Assembly (NCBI GenBank): GCA_963745025.1
Contig: CAVUWD010000016.1
Coordinates: 736,001 to 800,000, forward strand
Source: an uncultured delta proteobacterium
GTDB lineage: Bacteria; Desulfobacterota; Binatia; JACPRU01
DNA length: 64,000 bases
Direction: 5' to 3'
In this document: piece by piece, positions 1-13,425 of the stretch
How the letters are laid out: each line of letters starts with the position of its first letter
Numbering within the stretch: the stretch's first letter is position 1
Notes under the pieces: model-generated
Seen by the model: only the letters and a program-made list of their open reading frames with translations
Told to the model about the DNA's origin: nothing
Database searches by the model: none
Position numbers and translations under genes: made by a program

Positions 1-1886
1 GATTCCATCTGGAAGATGCCGACGGTGTCGCCGCGGCCGAGCAGCTCGTAGGTCGGCTGTGTCGTCGAGCGGCAGGCGTGTCGACGGTCGATCTCGACGC
101 CGCGCCCCTCGCGGATGCGACGCACGCGCTCGTCGATCAGCGTCAGCGTCTTCAGGCCGAGGAAGTCGAACTTGATGAGGCCGATCGCGTCGATCGTCGG
201 TGTAGGCGTACTGCGTGACGACGCGCCGTCCTTGTCGACGAAGAGCGGCACGTCCTCGACGAGCGGCCGGTCGGAGATGACGATGCCCGGCGGCGTGCTT
301 CGACGCGTGGCGCAGGAGCCCTTCGAGCTGGAGCGCGTAGTCGAAGAGCTCGCTTCTCGCGCTCACCCGAGTCGCGCAGCTCGCGCAGCCGCGGCTCCAT
401 CTCGAGCGCCTTCTCGAGCGGGAAGTCCTTGCCCTGCTTCGGCGCGGGGTAGAGCTTCGCGATGCGGTCGGTCTCGCGCGAAGGTGAAGTCGAGCACGCG
501 GCCGACGTCCTTGATCGCCTGCTTCCCCTTGAGCGTCCCGAACGTGATGATCTGCGCGACCCGGTCCTCGCCGTACTTCTCGCTGCACGTAGCGGATGAC
601 CTCGTCGCGCCGGTCGAAGCAGAAGTCGACGTCGATGTCGGGCATGGACTTGCGCTCGGGATTGAGGAAGCGCTCGAAGAGCAGCCCGTAGCGGGATCGG
701 ATCGAGGTCGGTGATGCGGAGCGCGTACGCCACGAGGCTGCCGGCGGCCGGACCCGCGGCCCGGGCCCACCGGGATGCCCTGCCGCTTCGCCTCAGTTGA
801 TGAAGTCGGCGACGATCAGGAAGTAGCCGGCGAAGCCCATCTTGCGTGATGACGTCGAGCTCGAACGCGAGCGCGCTCGTCGTAGCTCGTCTCCGCTCGG
901 GTGTCCAGTCCGGGCGTCGCGGAGCGTTCAGCGCGAGCGCTCGCCAGGCCCGCGCGCGCCGCGCGCTCGAGCAGCTCCTCGAGCGTCTCGCCGTGCGGCG
1001 TCTCGAAGACCGGGAACTGGTAGCGCCGAAGCGGAGCTCCAGGTTGCAGCGCTCGGCGATCGTCGACGGTGTTGGCGACCGCCTCGGGCACGTCGGCGAA
1101 GGCCGCCGCCATCTCCTCGGGGCTCTTCACGTAGAGCTGGTCGGTCCCGAACTTCCAGCGCCTTTCGTCGGCGAAGCGTCTTCCCGTCTGGATGCAGAGC
1201 AGGACCTCGTGCGCCTCGGCGTCGTCGGCGTGCGAGGTAGTGGCAGTCGTTGGTGCCGACGAGCGGCAGGCCGAGCTCGCTGCGCGAGCGCGATCAGCTC
1301 GACGTTGACCCGCTCCTGCGCGGCGAGCTGGTTGTCCTGGATCTCGACGTAGTAGCGCTCGTCGAAGATCGACGCGCCAGTCTTCCTCGCCGCTGCCGCG
1401 CGCGCTCGAGGCTGTGCTCGGTGATCGAGGCTGTGTGCACCTCGCCTCGGCAGGCAGCCGGAGAGGGCGATGAGCCCGCCGTTCAGCTCGCGCGAGGAGC
1501 TGCCTTGTCGATCGCGCGGCTTGTAGTGGAAGCCCTCGCGTGTAGCCCGCGGTGACGAGCCGGCAGAGGTTCCGGTAGCCCTCGCTGGTTCATGGCGAGC
1601 AGGATCAGGTGGTAGTTGCCGCCCGCCTCGTAGTCGTCGCTGCGGCCCGTCCTTCTCGAACCGGCTCTTCGGGGCGACGTAGATCTCGCAGCCGATGATC
1701 GGCTTCACGCCGGCCTCGACGGCCTTCTGTGTAGAACTCGCACCGCGCCGAACATGTTGCCGTGGTCGGTCATGGCGCACGGCCGGCATGCCGAGCTGCC
1801 TTCACGCGCGGGATGAGCTCGGAGATCTTGTTGGCGCCGTCGAGCAGCGAGTACTGCGTGTGGAGGTGCAGGTGGACGAAGGACAT
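1..1886 (-). CDS. dnaE: DNA polymerase III alpha subunit (5' part; runs off window; multiple indels)
   Basis: ATG at 1886 gives [18 protein letters not shown] (PHP domain). Other frames give [65 protein letters not shown] and GIFQMES. Confidence 0.95.
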
Positions 1887-1893
1887 GGGAGAA

Positions 1894-1980
1894 AACGGCT
1901 ACCGGCTACCGGCTTCCGGCTTCCGCCAAAGACCCAGCTGTGCCGTACCGGTAGCCGGTCTTCGGTAGCCGGCAGCCGTT
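1894..1980. repeat. GCTACCG-heptamer inverted-repeat element, copy 1
   Basis: Left arm aacggctaccggctaccggcttccggcttccg, core aaagacccagctgtgccgt, right arm ccggtagccggtcttcggtagccggcagccgtt; lies between guaA and dnaE. Confidence 0.85.
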
Positions 1981-1984
1981 CTTC

Positions 1985-3516
<1,532 letters not shown>

Positions 3517-3521
3517 GGTGA

Positions 3522-3600
3522 AAATCGGCTACCGGCTACCGACTACCGCTAGAGACACGGTTGAGTCTCTCTCCCGGCAGCCGGAAGCCGGTAACCGTCT
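3522..3600. repeat. GCTACCG-heptamer inverted-repeat element, copy 2
   Basis: cggctaccggctaccgactaccgct ... cggcagccggaagccggtaaccg between guaB and guaA. Confidence 0.8.
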
Positions 3601-3603
3601 TTT

Positions 3604-5190
<1,587 letters not shown>

Positions 5191-5325
5191 CTAGGGATAA
5201 GGCAAGTTGACTCTTCCGACCCCTATATGTTGGGGGTGCTGCCCGCGGTGACGTCGTGCGTGGCGACCATGATCCATGATCGCCGGCTCCGTCCGTTCGG
5301 GTCCCACAATCACCCGTTGCCCGCG

Positions 5326-5350
5326 GCAGGAGCTCCAGCGGAGCTCCTGC
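5326..5350. other. Perfect 11-bp stem-loop upstream of the gamma-CA gene
   Basis: GCAGGAGCTCC-agc-GGAGCTCCTGC. Confidence 0.6.
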
Positions 5351-5381
5351 GATTGAGACGCGTTCGGGGCTGAGCTAGGGA

Positions 5382-5906
5382 ATGCCGAAGATGATTCTTC
5401 GCTATGGCGACAGGGCGCCGAAGCTCGCCGCCGACGTGTACGTGCACGCCTCCGCCCACGTGATCGGCGACGTCGAGATCGGCCCCGCGTCGAGCGTCTG
5501 GTTCCAGGTGGTGATCCGCGCGGACGTGGAGCGGGTACGCGTCGGGCGCGCCACCAACGTCCAGGACCACGCGACGATCCACGTCAGCAACGAGCGCTGG
5601 CCGACGATCCTCGGTGACGGCGTGACGATCGGCCACCGCGCGGTGCTGCACGGCTGCTCGGTCGGGGACTACGCGCTCATCGGCATCGGCGCGATCGTTC
5701 TCGATGGTGCCGAGGTGGGATCGGAAGCGCTCGTCGGCGCAGGCGCGCTGGTTGCGCCGGGGGCCAAGATCCCCCCGCGCACGCTCGTTCTGGGCAGCCC
5801 CGCCAAGCCGGTTCGCAATCTCCGCCCCGAGGAGATCGAGCACCTCCACCGGTCCGCCGAGCGCTACGTCGGCTACGCAAAGAGCTATCGGGATCAGGGG
5901 CTTTGA
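5382..5906 (+). CDS. Gamma-carbonic anhydrase family (YrdA/CaiE-like hexapeptide repeat) protein
   Basis: VIGDVEIG, NVQD...IH, VTIGHRAVLHGC, LVLGSPAK. Confidence 0.92.
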   Translation: MPKMILRYGDRAPKLAADVYVHASAHVIGDVEIGPASSVWFQVVIRADVERVRVGRATNVQDHATIHVSNERWPTILGDGVTIGHRAVLHGCSVGDYALIGIGAIVLDGAEVGSEALVGAGALVAPGAKIPPRTLVLGSPAKPVRNLRPEEIEHLHRSAERYVGYAKSYRDQGL

Positions 5907-6802
5907 CGGGACGAGCTCGCCTGACAGGACACGGTCCCGGCGCGACCGGGTCGCGTTCCCTGAACGACCTCGCATACCGGTAGCGCGCCGACGTCGAGCT
6001 CGCCAGCGACGTCGACCAGTCGGCGGAAGCGAACGCGCCCGCTCAAGCGCTCGAGCAAGCGATCGAAGAATGCGGCGTACGGTCCGCCCTCGACTTCGGC
6101 GTGAACGGTGAGGACGGCGAGACCCGTGTCGCCGAGCGAGCGCTCGTAGATCTCGACGAGCCGCTCGCCCTCGACACCTTGGCCGAGCAGCTCGTCGACC
6201 GTCGGCAGCGTCGTCGGGATCTCCGGCAACCGCGCTTCCACCTCCTCGACCCGGGCACGATACGGCCGTTCGCCGCGAGTGCTCGACTGATAGGTGAAGG
6301 GCCGGCACTCGAGAGCGGCCAGCAAGGCTTTGCCGCATTGCCATCCCGGCGCGGCGAATCCCGCGGGGAAGCCGCCGATGATCTCCTGGAAGGTCCCGAT
6401 CGCGGCATCGATCTCGCGCGCGACCGCCGGCTCGCTGAGCGTCAGCGCGAAATCGTGCCAGTACACGTGGTCGTTCCCGTGGACGCCAAGCTCGTGCCCT
6501 TCGGCGACCGTGCGGCGAAGAACCTCGGGAAACGAGCGCGCGATCTCGGGCGCCGGCAGCAGCGTCCCGTAGAGCGCGGTGCGCAGGCCGTAGAGCCGCA
6601 CCGCGTTGCTCCTCAGCATCTTCGTCGCGAAGCCCTTCCGCGTGAAGAACCGCCGGATCGCCTTTCCGGAGTTGTCCGGACCCATCGACACGTAGAAGCT
6701 CGCCGGCACGCGCCGCCGTGCGAGGCAGTCGAGGAGCCGGGGCACTCCGTGGCCGAGGCCTTGATGCGTATCGACGTCGATCTTGAGCGCGAGGTCGCTC
6801 AT
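5894..6802 (-). CDS. arnD: ArnD-like polysaccharide deacetylase/deformylase
   Basis: LKIDVDT, MGPDNSG, LYGTLLPAP, HELGVHGNDHVYWHD, AAPGW, TVHAEVEG; operon context. Confidence 0.85.
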   Translation of the reverse strand: MSDLALKIDVDTHQGLGHGVPRLLDCLARRRVPASFYVSMGPDNSGKAIRRFFTRKGFATKMLRSNAVRLYGLRTALYGTLLPAPEIARSFPEVLRRTVAEGHELGVHGNDHVYWHDFALTLSEPAVAREIDAAIGTFQEIIGGFPAGFAAPGWQCGKALLAALECRPFTYQSSTRGERPYRARVEEVEARLPEIPTTLPTVDELLGQGVEGERLVEIYERSLGDTGLAVLTVHAEVEGGPYAAFFDRLLERLSGRVRFRRLVDVAGELDVGALPVCEVVQGTRPGRAGTVSCQASSSRQSP

Positions 6803-6805
6803 CCC

Positions 6806-7768
6806 TCAGGAGAACGACGCGTGCCGAAAATAGTCGATCGTGCGGGAGAGCCCGTCGTCGAGCGACGTCTTCGCCGTGACGCCGAGCACCTTTTGCATCT
6901 TCTCGACGTTCGGAATTCGTCGCGGGATGTCCTCGTAGCTCGGGCCGTACACGTCTTGCTGCGGCACGTAGCGAATCGTCGACCGGGAGCCGGCGATGGC
7001 GATCAGGCGCTCCGCGAGCGCGCGGATCGTGTATTCACGATCGTTACCGATGTTGAAGATCTCACCGACCGCTTCTTCGCGGAGCCCCGCTTGCACGGTG
7101 GCTTCGATCGCGTCGGTCACGTAGGTAAAGCAGCGCGTCTGGCTGCCGTCGCCGATCACCGTGACCGGCTCGCCCCGAAGCACCTGCCCGAGAAAGATCG
7201 TGATCACGCGGCCGACGTCGATCGCGTCGAGGCGCGGGCCGTACACGTTGAAGTAGCGGACGATCGTCGTCTTGAGCCCCATCTTCGCGTACGCGAAGCA
7301 GAAGTGCTCCCCGATCGCCTTCGAGGTCGAATAACACCAGCGATCGATGCGCGTCGAGCCGAGCACGCGGTCGTCGTCTTCGCTCCAGGGAATCTTCGGA
7401 TTGCGGCCGTACACCTCCGAGGTGGAGGAGAACACGACCCGCTTGCCGTGCTTGAAGGCGAGCTTCAACACGTTCTGGGTTCCGTTCACGTTGACGTTCA
7501 GCACCTGGTACGGATCGCCGACGTAGTGCTCGACGCCGACCACGGCGGCGAGGTGATAGACGAGATCGGCGCGGGCGATCAGTCCCTCGAGAATGACCTC
7601 GTTGAACACGCTGTCGCGGACGAAATGAAGCCGCGGATCGCCGATGCGGTGCTTCACCTTGAGCGTGAGCCCGGTCTCGAGGATGAAGACCTCGTCGCCG
7701 CGATCCAGAAACGCATCGGTGAGATGGGATCCCAAGAAGCCGCCACCACCGGTGATCAGAACTTTCAT
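6806..7768 (-). CDS. NAD-dependent epimerase/dehydratase (ArnA decarboxylase-like, UDP-GlcA)
   Basis: ITGGGGFLGSHL, FSSTSEVYG, RWCYSTSK (YxxxK), RYFNVYGPR, QTRCFTY, YEDIPRRIP. Confidence 0.88.
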   Translation of the reverse strand: MKVLITGGGGFLGSHLTDAFLDRGDEVFILETGLTLKVKHRIGDPRLHFVRDSVFNEVILEGLIARADLVYHLAAVVGVEHYVGDPYQVLNVNVNGTQNVLKLAFKHGKRVVFSSTSEVYGRNPKIPWSEDDDRVLGSTRIDRWCYSTSKAIGEHFCFAYAKMGLKTTIVRYFNVYGPRLDAIDVGRVITIFLGQVLRGEPVTVIGDGSQTRCFTYVTDAIEATVQAGLREEAVGEIFNIGNDREYTIRALAERLIAIAGSRSTIRYVPQQDVYGPSYEDIPRRIPNVEKMQKVLGVTAKTSLDDGLSRTIDYFRHASFS

Positions 7769-8697
7769 CGCGCTTTCCCCAAGAGCTCTCCGCAGCGGCA
7801 TCCGCCGCTACGGGCCCATTCGGCGGCCGGGCGCTCCGCTTCGCCCTCGACCTGGACGCGCTCCAGACGAAGCGCCCCGACCCCGGCTCCCACGTAAACC
7901 GCCTGCTCGCCGCCAACGTCGACTTCTCCCGCTCGGAGACGCCGCGGCGCCTCCACCGGACACGCCCACCAGACGAACAGGCGCCGCCCGCCCTGCCACG
8001 TGAACGCCCCGGGATAGGGGTGCGTCACGGCGCGCACCAAGTCGTAGACCCGTCGCGCCGGCCGGCTCCAGTCGATCTCGCCATCGTCGGGCGTGCGCCC
8101 GCCGAAATAGCTCGCCTGAGCGTGATCCTGCGGGATCCGTGGCGCGCGCCCCGCGGCAAGCAGCGGATACGTCTCGCGGATCAGCTGTCGGGCCGCCTCG
8201 GTCGCTTTGCGGTGCAGGTCGAGCGCCGTGTCGTCGTCGGCGATCGGAATCCGCCGCTGGGCGACGATGTCGCCCCGGTCCGCCTTCTCCACCATGTAGT
8301 GAAGCGTCACGCCGGTTTCGGTCTCTCCTTCCACGAGCACCCAATTGATCGGCGATCGGCCACGAAACTTCGGCAGCAGCGACGGGTGCAGATTGAGCGC
8401 GCCGTGGCGGGGACAATCGAGGAGCTCACGCTTGAGCATCTGACGGAACATCGCGGAAAACACGAAATCGGGGCCGATCTCGCGCACGCGCGCGACCACT
8501 TGCGGGTCGTTGACGTCTGCAGGCGCGATGACCGGAATCCCGTGACGCTCGGCGAGAGACCGCACCGAGCGAAACCAGATCGCTTCGCCCGGCCGATCGT
8601 CGTGGGTGATCACCAGCGCGAGTTCGTCCCCGCTGGCGATCAGCTCCTCGAGACAGACCGCCCCGATGTCGTGGTAGGCGAGCAGTACGTTACGCAA
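7765..8697 (-). CDS. ArnA-like formyltransferase (stand-alone)
   Basis: TTG start LRNVLLAYHDIG, NLHPSLLPKFRGRSPINW, ASYFGGRTPDDGEIDW, VRAVTHPYPGAF. Confidence 0.88.
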   Translation of the reverse strand: MRNVLLAYHDIGAVCLEELIASGDELALVITHDDRPGEAIWFRSVRSLAERHGIPVIAPADVNDPQVVARVREIGPDFVFSAMFRQMLKRELLDCPRHGALNLHPSLLPKFRGRSPINWVLVEGETETGVTLHYMVEKADRGDIVAQRRIPIADDDTALDLHRKATEAARQLIRETYPLLAAGRAPRIPQDHAQASYFGGRTPDDGEIDWSRPARRVYDLVRAVTHPYPGAFTWQGGRRLFVWWACPVEAPRRLRAGEVDVGGEQAVYVGAGVGALRLERVQVEGEAERPAAEWARSGGCRCGELLGKAR

Positions 8698-8720
8698 GGT
8701 TCGACTTCGAGATCGGGTTC

Positions 8721-9692
8721 CTATTCGGATCGCCGCCGGATCGACTCGATCACGAAGAGCGGCCGACGGCGGACTTCGTTGTAGATGCGGGCGACGTACT
8801 CGCCGACGACTCCGATCGCCACGAACAACGCGCCGACGAACAGGAAGAGGATCGCAAAGAGCGTGAAGACGCCCTCGACCTCCGGTCCGACGAACAGCCG
8901 GCGCAGGAACAGGAAGAGTCCGAAGGACAGTCCCGCGAGCGCCGTGAAGATGCCGAACAGCGTGACGAACTGGACGGGCAACACGGAGAAGCCGGTCAGG
9001 AAGTCGAAGCCGAGCCGCATCAGCCGCAGCATGTTGTAGCGCGAGCGGCCGAACACTCGCTCCTCGTGCGCCACCGGCACCTCGGCCACACGCTTGGTGA
9101 ACCGGGCCGCCAGCGCGGGGATGAACAGCGAGTACTCTCGCCAGCGAAGCACGCGCTGGACGATCTCCCGCCGATAGGCGCGCAGCATACAACCGTAGTC
9201 CATCGCCGCCGGCCCGCCGCGCGCCGACAGCGCGCGGATCATGCGCGAGGCCGCGAGCCGAGACCACGAATCCTTGCGGCGCTGCCGCACGCCGCCCACC
9301 ACGTCGTAGCCTTCGGCGAGCTTGGCGAGCAGCTTGGGAATCTCCTCGGGTGGATTCTGCAGGTCGGCGTCGAGCGTCACCACGGCTTTGCCGCGCGAGA
9401 CCTGGAAGCCCGCGAGGACCGCGCCATGCTGCCCGGCGTTATAAGCGAGCTCGACGAGGATCAAGTCGGGGTCGTCACGGCCGAGATCCTCGAGCACCGC
9501 GCGCGAGGTATCCGTCGAGCCGTCGTCGACGTAGACGATCTCGAAGGGTTGCCCGAGGGGCTCGAGCACCGCACGGAGCCGGCGGTGGAGCTCCCGCAGG
9601 CTCGCTTCTTCGTTATAGACGGGGATGACGACGCTCACCGCTACTTCGCGGCGCAGCGGACGCTTCGACTCTGAGGTCGCGGGTAGTGCCAT
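8721..9692 (-). CDS. arnC: GT2 undecaprenyl-phosphate sugar transferase (ArnC-like)
   Basis: SVVIPVYNEE, VDDGSTD, DADLQNPPEEIP, DYGCMLRAYRR, two C-terminal TM helices, GEYVARIY. Confidence 0.88.
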   Translation of the reverse strand: MALPATSESKRPLRREVAVSVVIPVYNEEASLRELHRRLRAVLEPLGQPFEIVYVDDGSTDTSRAVLEDLGRDDPDLILVELAYNAGQHGAVLAGFQVSRGKAVVTLDADLQNPPEEIPKLLAKLAEGYDVVGGVRQRRKDSWSRLAASRMIRALSARGGPAAMDYGCMLRAYRREIVQRVLRWREYSLFIPALAARFTKRVAEVPVAHEERVFGRSRYNMLRLMRLGFDFLTGFSVLPVQFVTLFGIFTALAGLSFGLFLFLRRLFVGPEVEGVFTLFAILFLFVGALFVAIGVVGEYVARIYNEVRRRPLFVIESIRRRSE

Positions 9693-9800
9693 CGCGGCAG
9701 GAAATCCCCCCCTGATAACCTTTCGCCCGAGGACGGTCAAACCGGGGAGGCTCGCCGGAGGTCGACGGTCTGTCCTCCGCGTGACAGAGGAAGAGCGCGG

Positions 9801-9914
9801 TTCTACGTCTTTACCGACAGCGGCGCCAAGCGCGAGCGCGAGCTCCGCGAGGTCTTCGGCGACGTGCGCTTGATCGCCACGAATTACGTCGCCGCCGTGT
9901 GGATGCGGCGCTGA
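9801..9914 (+). pseudogene. Orphan 3' gene remnant (no start)
   Basis: FYVFTDSGAKRERELREVFGDVRLIATNYVAAVWMRR* with near-uniform G/C third positions; coding bias is lost upstream. Confidence 0.4.
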
Positions 9915-11086
9915 TCGCCGCCGCTCCAGGTGTGCACCCATGGCAGGAGAAGGTACGCGGGGAAGGACAGGAAGAAAGTGAACACGAAGTACGAAGCATA
10001 GCCGAGCCGAACCGCGCCGAAGCCGCTCGCCGCTCCCGCGAGCGATCGCGTCAAGCCGAACAACGCCGAGAGCAGTGCGTACTGCGTGGCGGCCTGCTCC
10101 TTGTCGCAAGCCCGCATCAGGAAGGCCAGGAACGCAGCGGTTCCGAGCCCTCCCGTGAAGCTCTCCAGCGCAGAGGCGGCATAGATGCCGACCCGTCCGG
10201 ATCCACTCGCGGCCACCGCGGCGTACCCGAGATTGGAAAAGGCCTGAGCGAGGCCGAGCATCCACAGGCTCGGAAAGATGCCGACGCGAGAGGTGAAGGC
10301 GCCGCCGCAAAGCGCGCCGGCGACGCTCAGCGCGACGCCGAGGGTAGTGGAGATCAAGCCGATTTCGGCGACGCTCAGGCCGCGATCGACCCAGAATGGC
10401 TTGACCATCGGCCCCATGCTGGCGTCGCCGAGCTTGTAGGTGAGAACGAAGAGAAACACCCACGCCGCTCCGGGACGCGAAAGCCACGCGCGGAAGCTCG
10501 GCAGCCATCGCGGTCGCGGCCCCGCCTCCACGGTGATCGAGGGCGCGCGGGAGGCAACCGCCGCGAGCAGGCCGAAGACTCCTGCGGCGGTTGCGAACAC
10601 GGCGGGCCAGCCGGCGTAGCCGGCGATCGCGACCAGGCCGCCGCCGGCGACGATGAGAGCCGCGCGGTAGGCCGACACGCGGATCCCGTTCGCGACCCCC
10701 TCTTCCCCCGGGTCGACGAGACCGATCGTGTAGGCGTCGATGGCGATGTCCTGCGTCGCTGAAGCGACGGTGAGCGCGAACAGTAGCGCCCAGAGGGCTC
10801 GGCTCGGAGCGCTCGCGTCGAAAACCGGCAAGGCCGCGACGAGCACGCACATCGCCAGCAGCGCGGTGGCGATCCAGCGCCGCGTGTGGCCGAGGCGGTC
10901 GACGAGCGGCGCCCAGAGGACTTTCAGAGTCCACGGCAGGCCGAGCAGGCTCATCAGCCCGATGTCCTCCCGCGACACGCCGTGCAGGCGGAAGTAGACC
11001 GGCAAGTTGTCGATGACGATCCCGAAGGGAAAGCCTTCGGCGAAGTAGAGAATCGCCACCCAGATGAGCTTGCGGCGAAGCGGCAT
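9884..11086 (-). CDS. ampG: AmpG-family MFS muropeptide permease
   Basis: LYFAEGFPFG, PWTLKVLWAPLVD, SATQDIAIDAY, YKLGD, ATQYALLS. Confidence 0.85.
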   Translation of the reverse strand: MPLRRKLIWVAILYFAEGFPFGIVIDNLPVYFRLHGVSREDIGLMSLLGLPWTLKVLWAPLVDRLGHTRRWIATALLAMCVLVAALPVFDASAPSRALWALLFALTVASATQDIAIDAYTIGLVDPGEEGVANGIRVSAYRAALIVAGGGLVAIAGYAGWPAVFATAAGVFGLLAAVASRAPSITVEAGPRPRWLPSFRAWLSRPGAAWVFLFVLTYKLGDASMGPMVKPFWVDRGLSVAEIGLISTTLGVALSVAGALCGGAFTSRVGIFPSLWMLGLAQAFSNLGYAAVAASGSGRVGIYAASALESFTGGLGTAAFLAFLMRACDKEQAATQYALLSALFGLTRSLAGAASGFGAVRLGYASYFVFTFFLSFPAYLLLPWVHTWSGGDQRRIHTAAT

Positions 11087-12508
11087 CAGGACGATCGGCG
11101 AACGGCTTTCCGCCTTCGGCCCTGAGCTCTTGGCGTCGGAGAGCGTTTGCCGAACGGCGCAGGCCGAGACCCGATGCCGGTCCTCGGCCGCGCGCGCAGC
11201 ACGAGCCGCAGGGGCGTCCCCTCGAGTGGAAACGACGCGCGCAAGCGATGCTCGAGGTAACGAAGATAGGCGGTGGTCACGTGATCGGGATGATTGACGA
11301 AGAGCGCGATCGTCGGGGGAGCGTGGCCGAGCGCCGTCGCATAGTAGAAACGCGCCCGCTTCCCCTGATGGATCGGCGGCTCCACGGCCGCTGCGGCTTC
11401 GCCGAGCACCTCGTTCAGCCGATGCGTCGGCAACCGCAGGCGATGCGCCTCGCCGACGCGGCGCGCCGCGGGAAGCAGCTCCTCGAGGTGCTCTCCCCGC
11501 AGCGCCGACACCACCACGGCCGGGACGTGCTCGAGGTGCGGGTACAGCCGCCGCGCTTCGGCGACAAACGTGCGCGGATCACGAGTTCTCGGCGGAGCCG
11601 TGTCCCACTTGTTGGCGACGAGAACGAGCCCCCGCCCCCGCTCCCAGACCAGACGCGCGAGGCGTGCGTCCTGCTCGGTGATACCTTCGCCGGCATCGAC
11701 GACGAGCAGTGCTACGTCGGCGCGGTCGAGGGAGCGGAGCGCCGAGGCGACGGTCGCCTTCTCGAGACGGAGCGCGATGCGGCTCCGCCGCCGAATTCCG
11801 GCCGTATCGACGAGGAGTACCTTCTCGCCGTTCACACGGAGCAGCGTGTCGATGGGATCGCGAGTGGTCCCCGCCGCGCTGTCCACTAGCGCTCGCTCCT
11901 CCCCGACGAGACGGTTCAAGATCGAGGACTTGCCGACGTTTGGCCGGCCGACGAGAGCGATGCGCAGAACCGGGCGCTCCTCCACCGCCGCCACCGCGGG
12001 CAAGTGCTCGGCGATCGTGTCGAGAAGCTCGTCGATGCCTCGTCCGTGCTCGGCCGAGACGGGCTGTGGATCGCCGAGACCGAGGCGAAAGAACTCGAAG
12101 GCGAGCTCCGCCTGCTTCGGCCCGTCGATCTTGTTGACCACGCAGACGACCGGCTTGCCGCTCTCGGCGAGCAGCCGCGCGACCTCCACATCGGCAGGCG
12201 ACACGCCCGCGCGGCCGTCGACGACGAACACGACGACGCGAGCCTCTGCGACGGCGCGCAGGCTCTGCTCGCGTACGCGGCGCTGAAGCTCCGCCTCGCT
12301 TTCGACCTCGAAGCCGCCGGTGTCGATCACGGTGAACTCCCGCCCGGCCCATTCCGCGTTCGCGATCAGCCGGTCGCGGGTCACCCCGGGCTCGTCGTCC
12401 ACGAGCGCCTGCCGGCGTCCGATGATGCGGTTGAAGAGCGTCGACTTGCCGACGTTCGGCCGGCCGACGATGGCGACCGCCGGGAGCGCTGCGCCGGCGC
12501 TCGCTCAC
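11086..12508 (-). CDS. der: Ribosome biogenesis GTPase Der/EngA (start ambiguous)
   Basis: Two GRPNVGKS G-domains, PGVTRDR, DTGG, DTAG, NKID/NKWD, C-terminal GTPLRL. The GTG at 12508 is out of frame with the body. Confidence 0.95.
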
Positions 12509-13425
12509 AGCCCGAGCTCGTCGAGGATCCGCGGGCTCTTGGTCCAGTCGCGACGGACCTTGACGAAGAGCTCGAGGTAGAACCGCTTGCCGAAGAAGCG
12601 CTCGAGCTCCTGGCGCGCGCACGCGCCGATTTCGCGGATCATCGACCCCGCCGAGCCGATCAGGATCCGCTTCTGGGAGTCACGCTCGACGAGGATCGCC
12701 GCCGACACCACGTTCACGCCGGGCTTCTCCTCGAAGCGCTCGACGAGAACGGCGGTCTTGTAAGGAATCTCGCCGGCGGTGGCGGCAAAGATCTGCTCGC
12801 GGACGAACTCCTGGACGAGCGCCCGGCTGCTTTGATCGGTGAGCTCGTCTTCGGGATACAGAGCCGGCCCGAGCGGCAAACGCTCGGCGACCGCGCGCTC
12901 CAGTGCGGCGAGATTCTTTCCCGTCACTGCGCTGACGGGCACCAGATCGACGTCAGGAAGGGCCTTGCCGATGCCATCGAGGAGAGGGATCAGCACCGCG
13001 TCGGCCACGAGATCGAGCTTGTTGACCGCCACGAGCCACGGCCGCCGGCTCTCGACGACGCATTCGATCGCCTCGCGGTCCGGCGGGAGAAAGCCCTGAG
13101 CGGCGTCGATCACCACCACGACGACGTCGGCTTCGGCGATGGAGCGCGCGGCGGCATCCACCATGCGCCGGTTGAGAAGGCTCCGCGCCCGGTGGATGCC
13201 CGGCGTGTCGACCCAGATCATCTGCGCCCCGGGGAGCGTACGGATTCCGAGGATTCGCGAGCGAGTGGTCTGAGGCCGTCGGCTGGTGATCGCCACCTTG
13301 GCCCCGAGCAGACGATTGAGCAACGTCGACTTGCCGACGTTGGAGCGGCCGGCAAGCGCCACGGTCCCGCAACGTGTTTCACTTACCGAGCGCGAATCGT
13401 CTGTAATCGATGGCTCTTCCGTCAT
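12505..13425 (-). CDS. era: GTPase Era
   Basis: GRSNVGKSTLLN, PQTTR, DTPG, NKLD, EIPY, KH domain, LELFVKV..DW. Confidence 0.97.
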   Translation of the reverse strand: MTEEPSITDDSRSVSETRCGTVALAGRSNVGKSTLLNRLLGAKVAITSRRPQTTRSRILGIRTLPGAQMIWVDTPGIHRARSLLNRRMVDAAARSIAEADVVVVVIDAAQGFLPPDREAIECVVESRRPWLVAVNKLDLVADAVLIPLLDGIGKALPDVDLVPVSAVTGKNLAALERAVAERLPLGPALYPEDELTDQSSRALVQEFVREQIFAATAGEIPYKTAVLVERFEEKPGVNVVSAAILVERDSQKRILIGSAGSMIREIGACARQELERFFGKRFYLELFVKVRRDWTKSPRILDELGL

